From contig NC_043007.1 of assembly GCF_006345805.1 (NCBI RefSeq), positions 8,618,001 to 8,682,000 of the forward strand: DNA of 64,000 bases, in the 5' to 3' direction. A model generated the notes under the pieces. It searched no databases. It worked only from the letters and a program-made list of their open reading frames with translations, and was not told the DNA's origin. Positions 13,105-24,019 of this stretch are shown here, one piece after another (the stretch's first letter is position 1; every line of letters starts with the position of its first letter). A program made the translations under genes and the position numbers. The stretch is from Octopus sinensis. Its lineage: Eukaryota.

Positions 13105-13510
13105 TTACTCGTTCACTTGTTTCAGTCATTTGACTGCGGCCATGCTGGAGCACCGCCTTTAATGGGGCAAATCGACCCCGGGACTTATTCTTTGTAAGCC
13201 CAGTACTTATTCTATCGGTCTCTTTTGCCGAACCACTAAGTGACGGGGATGTAAACACACCAGCATCGGTTGTCAAGCAATGCTAGAGGGACAAACACAG
13301 ACACACAAACATATACACACACATGCACAGATATATACATATATACGACAGGCTTCTTTCGGTTTCCGTCTACCAAATCCACTCACAAGGCTTCGGTCAG
13401 CCCGAGGCTATAGCAGAAGACACTTGCCCAAGATGCCACGCAGTGGGACTGAACCCAGAAGCATGTGGTTGGTTAGCAAGCTACTTACCACACAGCCACT
13501 CCTGCGCCTA
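13105..13510 (-). mobile_element. tRNA-derived SINE (second family)
   Basis: Minus-strand head ggagtggctgtgtggtaag...gggttcagtcccac; other copies at 28918-29300 (+) and 32010-32388 (-). Confidence 0.85.
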
Positions 13511-13544
13511 TACGATCTATCATATATATATATTTATTTTATTT

Positions 13545-13860
13545 TATCTAGTTTCAGCTTACGAGCTGTGGCCATGCTGGGGCACCGCCATTTGGTGTTG
13601 CTACATGATTTTACTTCACGAATGCTTTTTAGCAATTGCCATTTGGTGCATGAGAGAGTTCGATGCAGCTGCCCTCATCTGCACCTCCTGCCGTAAAGTT
13701 GGTTCATCTGGAACACCTGACCGGAAGAGATCCAGTTTTATTTTAAAGACATCTGCATCCACCCCATGCAGGTCTCTCAGGTTCTTCGGGAGGATATTGA
13801 AGAGCTGTGGGCCTCTGAAGCCTAGGCTATCACAGTATCTTGTCCTACATCTTGATGGCA
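13545..13860 (-). mobile_element. CR1-like LINE 3' fragment
   Basis: GPQLFNILP...FKIKLDLF...PDEP resembles the C-terminus of the 11160 ORF (GPALFNITP...FKKSLDKF...PDKP). Confidence 0.75.
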
Positions 13861-13862
13861 TA

Positions 13863-13902
<40 letters not shown>

Positions 13903-14064
13903 ATGCAAGATTTTTTATGTGAAGTCGTGTGTTGAAACAGATATTGTTATATTTCGGAATGGTCATTTTGCCAGTTTAGCCAATAAAAACACATGCACTA
14001 TATATTTGGTGTTACTTTGCTTCAGTGTTATTTATTTTTTACATTATTCTTAATCTTATTTCAG

Positions 14065-14104
14065 CCAGAGCTTTTTCGTCACACTCCTGTGACCGCATCA
14101 GTGG
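14065..14104 (-). ncRNA. Hammerhead-like motif with variant core CUGAUGC
   Basis: cca-CTGATGC-g-gtcac-aggagt-gtgac-GAAA-aagc-TC-tgg on the minus strand. Confidence 0.5.
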
Positions 14105-14718
14105 TCCTTTGTTTTCTTCTTTCTTATCTGTGTCTCTCCTTACTAACCGTCAGCCATTTTGTATTTCTATTGTATGTCTTCATTTGTGCATGCGTATATC
14201 TCTATGTGCGTCTATGTTTATTTAGTGTGTGTGTGTGGGGGGGGATGCCCTTTAATATTTGTATCTTCTGTTTATATACGTTCATGTAATTTGTTTTTGT
14301 TGTTTATTCTTATTTTGTTCATGTGTTTACATCCACCTATTATTATCATTACATATGCTTGTATGTATGTATAACAACAATACTAGTAATAATAATAATA
14401 AATCGAAAAAAAAATAATAATATAGTTATTTATTTCTATTTGTTTATTTATCTGTGTATTTATTATGTTTTCGGGATACTCTACCGTCATATGTTGTGGT
14501 GTGTGCTAGTGTTCCATTCTAGTTTTCTATTCAGGCCACGTTCGGATGGTGCTTTTTACGTGCTGAAAGGAAGCAACAGAAAGTAACAACCACACTCTTA
14601 CCCGCACGTAGAGCAGGTCACCTTAAGCTAGTATATATATATATATATATATATAGTCGCCATGATAGATCGTTAGACACTACACACATTTCTTTCTCTC
14701 TTTGTTTTTTCTGTGTCC

Positions 14719-14754
14719 CTTTCTGTAGAAGAGCATAGGCTCGAAACGTAAAAG
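14719..14754 (+). ncRNA. Hammerhead-like motif with variant core CUGUAGA, within a (TA)n-flanked repeat (14655-14846)
   Basis: cttt-CTGTAGA-a-gagc-atag-gctc-GAAA-c-GTA-aaag; partial inverted copy of the downstream part at 44890-44975. Confidence 0.55.
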
Positions 14755-15635
14755 ACTTTTTCTATTCCTGAGCATTATACTAATACATCTGTTTGTTGTC
14801 TACACCACTAGTCTTCGTCTTTTGTTTTTTTTCGTAAACTCTCCATACAAATATATATATATATATATATATATTCAGTTCACATTCGACAATTAACAAA
14901 AATCACGAACATGAGCAACAGCAACAACAATAATTCATTCTTAATTGCCCTCTAAAATATTTCCTACCTACGACAAACAATCTGATGGCAGCACAGCATG
15001 AAAATAAGATTTCCCGCGGTGGGTGAAATATATCGGACAAGTCTGATGAGAGGGTCAATAGCACGTGAAACTGGTTGTTTGTTCAGCAGGGAGAGCATCG
15101 CGATTTATTTACAATAGACATGACTAACACACATAAACACATACATATATCATATGTATATAGAATTCATGGATAAGCCGCGCACCGGGCGAAACTTCGA
15201 AGTTACACTCACTGGAATTTTAGTAACTATGACACTCTACACATATATTGAGTCTTTTATTCAACCAATGCTCCATGTTTCTTTCCTTTTTTCGTATATA
15301 AATAAAATATCACACAAGATATCGAAGTAAATTTAGTTGTTTAGCCCAAGGTCAGTTCTGACCGAGTAGACCCATGATTAAAGACAATTCTATTATTTTC
15401 ATCCATTTTCTTTCTTTTCCTTTCTTTCTAATGATGAACAACAATATAGAAGACCAATATGGGGCAAGACAGGTGGATGTACTATTTCTGTCAGGTCAAA
15501 CAGCCCTTTAGGGATTCCTTGGCAACCAAGATGTATTTGTGAGGAAATACTTCACAGCCAATCTCGTTGTTCATTTTCATTTTCTTTGTAGAATAAAATA
15601 GACAGAAAAATTAAGGGAAACCACAAAGAAAGGTG

Positions 15636-16980
15636 GGTAAAATTACAGATTATCACCCCCACAATTTTCACTAAGAAAAAAAAAAAAAAACTCGGATTTT
15701 TTGCGTGGAATCAAATACCCTGACCCCCTAATATGCTGCAAATCCCATATTTTGGTCCGGAATTCCTCCGGAAAGGGGGGGGGGGTATTACCCCCCCCCC
15801 CGAAATTTTCACAAGGAAAAAAAAAAATCAGATTTTTTGCGTGGAATCAAGTACCCTGACCTCCTAATATGCTGCAAATCCCATATTTTGGTCCGGAATT
15901 GCTCCGGAAAGGGGGGGTAACCCCCTCCCCCGGAATTTTCACAAGGAAAAAAAAAATAACATATCAATAATTTAGAAAAGAAACATTTCTAGAAAATAGT
16001 AAATTGAAGTGTCAACAAATTATTGGGCAAAATTGAAGTGTGAACAAATCATTGGGCAAAAGAAGATTTGGCATACTGTCATGCTTTTAGCTGTCAGAAG
16101 TGAAAGTCGTCAACTTCGTGTATTTGCGTCAGGTTCGCTGTTAGCCTTATAAAACAATAGAAGTTCAGTTTAAAGTTTATAAATAAATACATTTCATTCC
16201 ATGTTCTGTTTAAACTTTATAAATAAATATATTCTTGCAGTGTGTGTATATGTGGCTATATGTCTGACTAATGTGTGTGTCTGTATTTATTGTATGTGTG
16301 TATAAGTAGTAATATGCTTATATACGATTTAAAATAAATATGAACGATTTAAAATAAATATACCTTAATTGTAGTGTGAGAAAGTATATATATTCTGATG
16401 ATAAAATATATTATCTTTCAAAAACATCCCAAATTTATAGACTATATCGTGTATGTTTAAGAAATGGTTCATGAGACATTGTTCATCTGTCTCCCCACCA
16501 CACCTCCACCTACACAAAAATTAGTTTGAGATAGAGAGGGCGGCACAGAGAGAGATCAGAAGCAAAAATTAGAACCTGACACTATCACAGAGCGTAATTC
16601 AAACATTCCACTGGCTCGAGGAACCCCTGTACAATAATTTAATAGTCTTATGCACACATATCTGCACAGGAGAATTAAAAATTACTGCCGATTTTAGCAG
16701 TTTTGCAACTTCTTGCGGAACCCTGGTTGAAAACCACTGTCTAGCATAACAGTATGTTTTGCTGAGAATTAATCCACTTTTTTTGACAGCAAGAGGTAAG
16801 TTTGTCTGAATTTTATCCATTACATTATCCATTATAGTAATATTTGTCTGTTGAAACCCGTTTTAAGGCGGTCAATAGTTTAATTAAAGATGTGTCTATA
16901 CATGTATATATATATACATGTGTATATATATATATATTTATATATACATGTGTATATATATAGACATGTGTATATATATA

Positions 16981-17021
<41 letters not shown>

Positions 17022-17250
17022 ACACATGTATATATACACCTGTATATATATATATATATTATATATATATAAAACATTATTCTTCAATTCACCAATAATG
17101 TTTTAATTTCAATTATCCGCACCAACGCACGGTTGCAACGCCAGATGGTTGTACCTCCAACCGTGCTGTTTACTGCTGTGATTTTTGCTACTAAGGTATC
17201 GGTTAACTTTTGATTAATCTACAACAAGATTATTCATCTTTCTATTTCAC

Positions 17251-17295
<45 letters not shown>

Positions 17296-17303
17296 ATATA
17301 CAC

Positions 17304-17349
<46 letters not shown>

Positions 17350-17973
17350 AGATACATCTTTAATTAAACTATTGACCGCCTTAAAACAGGTTTCAACAGA
17401 CAAATATTACTATAATGGATAATATAAGCATATAACTACTTATACACACATACAATAAATACAGACACACACATTAGTCAGACATATAGCCACATATACA
17501 CACACTGCAAGAATATATTTATTTATAAAGTTTAAACAGAACATGGAATGAAATGTATTTATTTATAAACTTTAAACTGAACTTCTATTGTTTTATAAGG
17601 CTAACAGCGAACCTGACGCAAATACACGAAGTTGACGACTTTCACTTCTGACAGCTAAAAGCATGACAGTATGCCAAATCTTCTTTTGCCCAATGATTTG
17701 TTCACACTTCAATTTTGCCCAATAATTTGTTGACACTTCAATTTACTATTTTCTAGAAATGTTTCTTTTCTAAATTATTGATATGTTATTTTTTTTTTCC
17801 TTGTGAAAATTCCGGGGGAGGGGGTTACCCCCCCTTTCCGGAGCAATTCCGGACCAAAATATGGGATTTGCAGCATATTAGGAGGTCAGGGTATTTGATT
17901 CCACGCAAAAAATCCGAGTTTTTTTTTTTTTTTCTTAGTGAAAATCGTGGGGGTGATAATCTGTAATTTTACC
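15636..17973. mobile_element. Non-autonomous foldback DNA transposon, Merlin-like
   Basis: Termini GGTAAAATTACAG...CTGTAATTTTACC; exact 8-bp TSD GAAAGGTG (15628-15635, 17974-17981); very long inverted arms. Confidence 0.85.
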
Positions 17974-18746
17974 GAAAGGTGTTGATTGGTAAACAGCTAG
18001 AATTAATTGGTGCCAATAACGGTACGGTACAAGCATTCTAGGTATGATGGATTACATAAGCCAATAAAGTGCTTTATGGTTTCCAAAAACGGAAGTATTT
18101 CGTGCAATAGGTTACACACACACACGCGGTTATATATAATATATTAATGTATGTAACAAAAAAATAAGTTTATATAGAATTATATGCAACCAAGTTCCAC
18201 ATATATCGAGAAAGTTACCCACAAATTTGGGTGCAAGCGAACCCAAGTTCAATCTTTCTATCATGCGTGTGTGTGTAACTGCAATTTAACATTAAAGTGA
18301 AAGATCACTGAATACTTTAGAGTGCATATTAATTTTCACAAGGATGACTTCGCAGTTTTGGCTTACCAGCTGTCATTGGGTATATGTGAGGATGTGCCAT
18401 ATATTGTAAACATATCTGATGGACAATACAAACAGTTAAACTTTGATAAAAGATTCAATGCGATGAAGTACAATAGTTACTAAGTTATTTCACCAATAAC
18501 GGGACGGGGGTGTTTAAAATAAGACGAATGCACGCATATGTACACATATACACAATAAATGGGTGAATAGCTAGATAGATAGAAAACCAAATTGTAGTTT
18601 AGCACATATATGTGTGTGTGTGAGTGTGTTACAGCAAAATTTTATATCTTGGACATAGAGTTACACAAGAACTATAGGAAGAACTATATGTGTGTGTGTG
18701 TGTTATGCATCTGTTGTGAATAAGTATAAAATCATGTCTCCGTGTG

Positions 18747-18828
<82 letters not shown>

Positions 18829-18893
18829 GTATATGCCTGTACGTGAGTGCGTGGAGAAAGTGAAGATATAAAAAAGAATAAGTGGAGAATTAC

Positions 18894-19096
18894 CTTAATA
18901 ACTGTTCGACCCAGTGTATTGCTCCGGTTTTGATGTCCCTCAGCTCAACTGTTCGAGCCAAGTTAGTTTTGATTTGTGCCAAAACTCTCTCAGATTCTGC
19001 TTCCAGTTCGTCATAATATGGCAAGTTATGGTTGTGGATGATTTCTCTCAAATTTGGATTGAAGCCTTGGCTATCAGCGTCGTAAAGTCGCTCCAT
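18894..19096 (-). CDS. PSME4: Proteasome activator complex subunit 4 (PA200/Blm10), first coding exon
   Basis: MERLYDADSQGFNPNLREIIHNHNLPYYDELEAESERVLAQIKTNLARTVELRDIKTGAIHWVEQLLR resembles the PA200 N-terminus (GF..KEI.YN.LLPY...LDAES...LAQIK.NL.RAV.L....G..W...L); ends at a phase-2 AG|GTAATT donor. Confidence 0.88.
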
Positions 19097-19271
19097 TGAC
19101 ACACAGGAAAATATTACAATAATAGAAGATAAGATAGAGAAAAGCCTAGAGACCGACACCAACAGGATAAAGGTGATATGCACGAAAAATGTTCAGGAAA
19201 TGTTGGACGTTCTGAACGAGATGACAATCGTTAGGAAAATTATTTAAAACATATAGACATACAAAGAAGGT

Positions 19272-19307
<36 letters not shown>

Positions 19308-19609
19308 AATATACATACATATATATCGATATATATATGTAAGATAGACGGATGTGTGAGGAGAGTTAGAAAGCTGGAAAGATTTCCCCCAAATGTCCTA
19401 CGCTAAATTTCAAGTTAAAACATGTATAGCGATGCATGAAATTCTTCAACAGAAATCCCCCCAAAAAGACAAATTACGTAAGAAGTCTGTGAACGAGTTT
19501 AAGAAGTGTTGTTTGTTTTTCTTTTAAAAAAAAACACAAACAATGTGAGAAAGAAAGAAATTAAGAAACGGTTGCCATCATCGTCACAACTCAAATCCCT
19601 TTTTCTGTG

Positions 19610-19660
19610 ACACTGCGCACGCACATTGCAGGGGAGATAACTCCGCTCGACGGTTTTCCG
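19610..19660 (-). promoter_or_regulatory. Candidate PSME4 promoter elements (NRF1-like TGCGCACGCA; GGGAGATAACTCC)
   Basis: Small CpG-containing unique patch about 0.5 kb upstream of the ATG; motif similarity only. Confidence 0.35.
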
Positions 19661-19929
19661 TTTTCTTTTTCTCGTTCTTCTTTTTTCAGCGAAACAATTA
19701 ATTTGGCTGTTTGTTATCTCTGTCTCGGCTTCCTGATATAATTACACACACATATCTACAGGTTCTGTGATCAGTTCTGGAGACGATAAGATAAATACCA
19801 TTCAAACAGAAGCGGGTGGATCACTTTGATCGATTGTTCCTGCACCGCTTCCAAAAGATGTGGCCTGTGTGACTAAGTTAGGAATCATTACAATTCCATT
19901 CATATCTTGCATAAATTATACTTGTCAGT

Positions 19930-21050
19930 TACTTTATTTCATTGGCCGTAGAAGGCTGAGAGAAAAGTTGACGTCAGCTGGGATTTGAACTCGAAACGAA
20001 AAGAGCCGTAATTTAATATCCGCAAAGCATTTTGTCCGATAGTCTAACGACTTTTCCAATCTTTCGTCTGCTGTGAGAAAAATTGGCTTCGGGAAGCCAG
20101 CATCAATTACAGTGTTTAATCTCATCTCTATACCTCCAGAGTTCAAATTCCATTTTCATACCTCCAGGGCCGGTAAAAGAAGTACGAAGTACAGGAGTCT
20201 ATTTCAAGTACAGTGACTTTCCAACAGTATAAGAAAGAGTTGTTATTATTATTATTTTCAAATACTGGAGGGACATAAATTGTTGAGGATATAATTATTA
20301 CCGATTGGTTTTTAGTTAAAATCCGTTAAAATCAGCTTCACCTTTTATTCACATAGAGCTGTTCTGTCAACAAGCCTTCCCTCTAGATGTGAACCTCTTG
20401 CCCAATATGTTAACAATTATTCTTCCTATTATAAGCACAAGGTCTGAAGTTTTAGGAGAGAGGGCTAGTATAACACATCGACTCCAGTACTTGACAGGTG
20501 TTTATTTTATTGGTCCCTCAAGGATGAAAGGCGACCTTGGCGGAATTTTAACTCAGAACGTAAAGCCAGGTGAAATGTCGCTACGCATTTTGTCTGCTAA
20601 CGATTCTGCCAGTTCGCTGCCTTTTTTAATGGATTCAAATTATGGGCTCAAGGCCAGTAAATGTAGTCTGGGAGGCTGAATAGTCGATTACTTTGACTCC
20701 AGTACTCAACCGGTTCTTAGTCTAGCGACCCCTAAAGGATGATAGTCAAAGTCGATTTCGGTGGTATTTGAACTCAGAACTAAAGAGCCGGAATATATTT
20801 TTGTAATAACTCCTTTTCTCTTCCACATATGATTGCTTCGAATGTTGGCACTAGGCGAGCAATTTTGAGTGGAGAGGCAAGTTGATTACATCAAATCCAC
20901 CCCAGTGCTTGACTGATATTTATTTTATCGACCCCGAGAAGACGAAAGGCAAACTCGACCTCGGTGGTATTTGAACTCAGAACGCATAGTTCCGGAAGAA
21001 ATGCCGAGAAGCATTTTGTCCGACGTACCAACAATTCTGCCAAATCCTTT
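19930..21050 (-). mobile_element. Cluster of degenerate SINEs with Nin-like domain
   Basis: Repeated gatgaaaggcaaagtcgacctcggcggaatttgaactcagaacg...aacgattctgccag units. Confidence 0.8.
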
Positions 21051-21439
21051 AATTTATTTATCTTTTTATATTTTTTGCCACAAGAGCCAGAAAAAACATT
21101 TAAGACAAAGGGCAGAAGGAATTTACATAAACATAGGCAAACAACAAAACAATAATACTTAACAGGATAATTATAACAACAAAATTTCCCGTATGAAGGA
21201 AAACATCAGCCAGGGGTTACCAAAAAGTACAAAGAGTATAAGCGCAGGAGTGGCTATGTAGCAAGTAGCTTGCTTACCAACCATACAGCTGGTGTTGGAA
21301 CACCTACAATGCTAGGTGTTCTATATTTATAACAACCACTTATATTTTCATTGCTTGTGACTTTAACTACCCTGAAATTGATTGGGAAACTTTTCATTGA
21401 CCGCAAAGCGCAGGCGATTTCCGTGATAGAGTGCAGGAT

Positions 21440-22925
21440 GCAAACTGGTCCCATGTAGTCACCTCCTCCACAAGAGGTAATAACACTTTGGACCTGCTCT
21501 TTACCACCATTCCTGAAACTGTGATAAGTGTTACAACGAAGGAACCTCTAGGCTACGATCATTACTAATCTGTGTCTTATAGGCAAGAAGCACCACCACC
21601 TTCAAACAAAGCAGACTGGAACTGTTACCGTAAGGAATTACGACGCCCAAACTGGTTTGAATTTTACGATTCAGGGGACGTCAATATTGTTTTTCAAAAT
21701 ATACTCAGTGTAATCTGGGTTACACGTGAAGCGTTAGTACCGCGCAAACGCTCTAGAAATAAAAAGAACAGTGCAATTTGGAAGACTGCAGCAGTTCGAC
21801 TTGCCAGGAAAGATCGTCATGATTCTGAACAGAAATACAGACAGCATAGAATAGATGAGAACAGAAGAAGACACAACAGATCATCCGACCATCTCAAGCG
21901 ACAAAAACGGCAGTGCTCGAATTTGAACAAGGTATAGCAGGGTCAGACTGAGAGTATTAAGGACTCTCAGGCATAACTGTTTACCAGGCCCCTTTGAATA
22001 AGTGTTATAGTAGAGTTAACATGTAGAGTGCGGATCCCTGAGAGCTCCGGGCCCTCAGGCAGTGCTCAATTGACCAACAGCTCAGTCCACCTCTGACCTA
22101 TAGTAACTAGCCCTGACAGCAAAGTGTTCTGTAAGTAAGTGTGTTCGAAACAGAGACCTCAGTCCCCAGTTGGCCCTCTTCACAATCCCCACACAGGTTG
22201 GATCATTGATGACCTCAAGGAATGCGCTGAGTTTATTGCTAAATGCTCTGCTGGCATTTTTACTGCTGAAAATCCCAATGTACTTTCTTCACCATCTCTG
22301 ACATCAAATTCCGTAACATCTATGTAATTCACACCCGCAATGCTGCGACGCCATCTTAAGAATAAGCGCAACTATGCCTCTCCTGGTCTTGATGGTGTTA
22401 CTTATTTGCTTCTCAAACGTGGTAGGTTCTTTCTATTGCACGAGCTTTCTTCCATTTTTCAATTCTCTTGACAACTGTGTCACTCCGGAGCACTGGAAAA
22501 TTGCCAGTGTCGTTCCCCTGTTCAAAAAAGATGATCGCGCATCACCTGTTAACTACCATCCAGTCAGCCTTCCTAGCTGCATCGCCAAACTGATGGAGTC
22601 GTGTGTCAGAGAAACACTCTGGAATTTTTGGAGTTCCCACAGCTCGACCCTCACAATTTGGTTTTATGCCTAACTCCAGCTGCTGTAGTCAACTCATCGA
22701 GTTTTTTTAGGAAATCACCCGAGTTACTGAAGGTGGTTCATAGGTGGACGCTATTTACCTTGATTTTGCTAAAGCCTTCAACTCTGACTTTTGGAAACAT
22801 TTTTTCACGCTCAGAATTGCTGAAGCATGGAATAAACTACCCGCTTCAGTTCTTAGCTGTCGAGACGCTACATCCTTCAAAACTTCCATTCTTCTTGATA
22901 TCCGCCAACAGTACACCTGGTGGCC
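21440..22925 (+). mobile_element. Degraded CR1-clade LINE
   Basis: NTLDLLFT, WKIASVVPLFKK..VNYHPVSL, DAIYLDFAKAF, HFFTLRIAEAWNKLP in broken frames. Confidence 0.8.
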
Positions 22926-23479
22926 TATTTTTTTTCTTTTTGTAGTCGTAGTGCACTCCCTCTTTCTTCGTACTTGCTCTTCACCAACCCTCTCTACTCC
23001 ACTTTGTCTCTCTTTCTTGGCTTTTTGGTACCAAAAGACCATCCAATTTTTATCACTCATCTTTTTTCTATTTGACCAGTGCACAGGTAAGACATATATT
23101 TTGTTTCATCTCCTGTCTAGCACACACTTCAGACCCCCAGTTTACCTTTTCACTTTTCATTCTTTTCTTTCCTTTTATCTTTCTTTCCTTTTATCTTTCT
23201 TCCCTTCTACCCCATCTTTCTATCCTTCTCCTGAGCCTTCTCATTGTACCTTTGGAACACAAACACCACTATTTTCTTCCTTGTTTGTTAGGTTTCGACA
23301 TGTAGTGTCCCACATTTCGAAATACTTGCAATTTGTATTTTTACTGCTTATGTTTGCTCTACTTGATATATTTCCAAAATCAAACATTTTAATATGCAAA
23401 ATATACTTCACATTATTACATATACTATTTGTTAATGCAAAAAATATTCTGTTAATTGACCATCTTCAAAATAATAACA

Positions 23480-23925
23480 CCATCAATGGAAAGTTCAGTG
23501 CCAACTTCTAAGGCAGTTATGAAAGGCTATCAAGACCAAACACCCAGAAAAACTGATGAATGGGGTCTTGTTTCATTAGGACAATTCAGCACACAAGTCC
23601 TTGGTTTCAATGGCTGCTGTGCGTAACTGGCTTTGAACTGGTTACTCACCCCTCCCTATGTTAGTGATCCGGTTCCATCTGGTTATCATCTGTTTCCCAA
23701 CATAGAAAAACACTCAGCTAGGCACCAGCATCACTGTGATGATGACGTCTTATCTGCTGTTGATGACCATTTTGACCAACAGAATATAGCTTCTTCACCA
23801 GTACGATCCAAGCACTGCAACTACTTATGGAAGTGTGTGGACAGTAAGTGGGAAAATGAACTTCATTTGGTTACATTCCATGAGAGTATCTTGCTCAGGC
23901 TATGAACATTTCAGCCAACCCTCAT
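23480..23925 (+). mobile_element. Mariner transposase 3' remnant
   Basis: GVLFH.DN and PPYVSDPVPSGYHLFP (degenerate YSPDLAPSDYHLF). Confidence 0.7.
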
Positions 23926-24019
23926 AATAATAACAATTATTATTATACCTGCATTTGTTTTAATGCTAACATTGAAAAAACTCACATTTTTCATCAAAAA
24001 AATTTGGACCTGGGTTTGC

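Noticed and set aside
15037-15085. Hammerhead-like CTGATGA...GAAAC
   Set aside because: Stem II does not pair convincingly; at best a decayed copy
19097-19183. Upstream extension of the PSME4 ORF from a non-ATG start
   Set aside because: PA200 similarity starts at the ATG at 19096; upstream sequence is most likely 5' UTR
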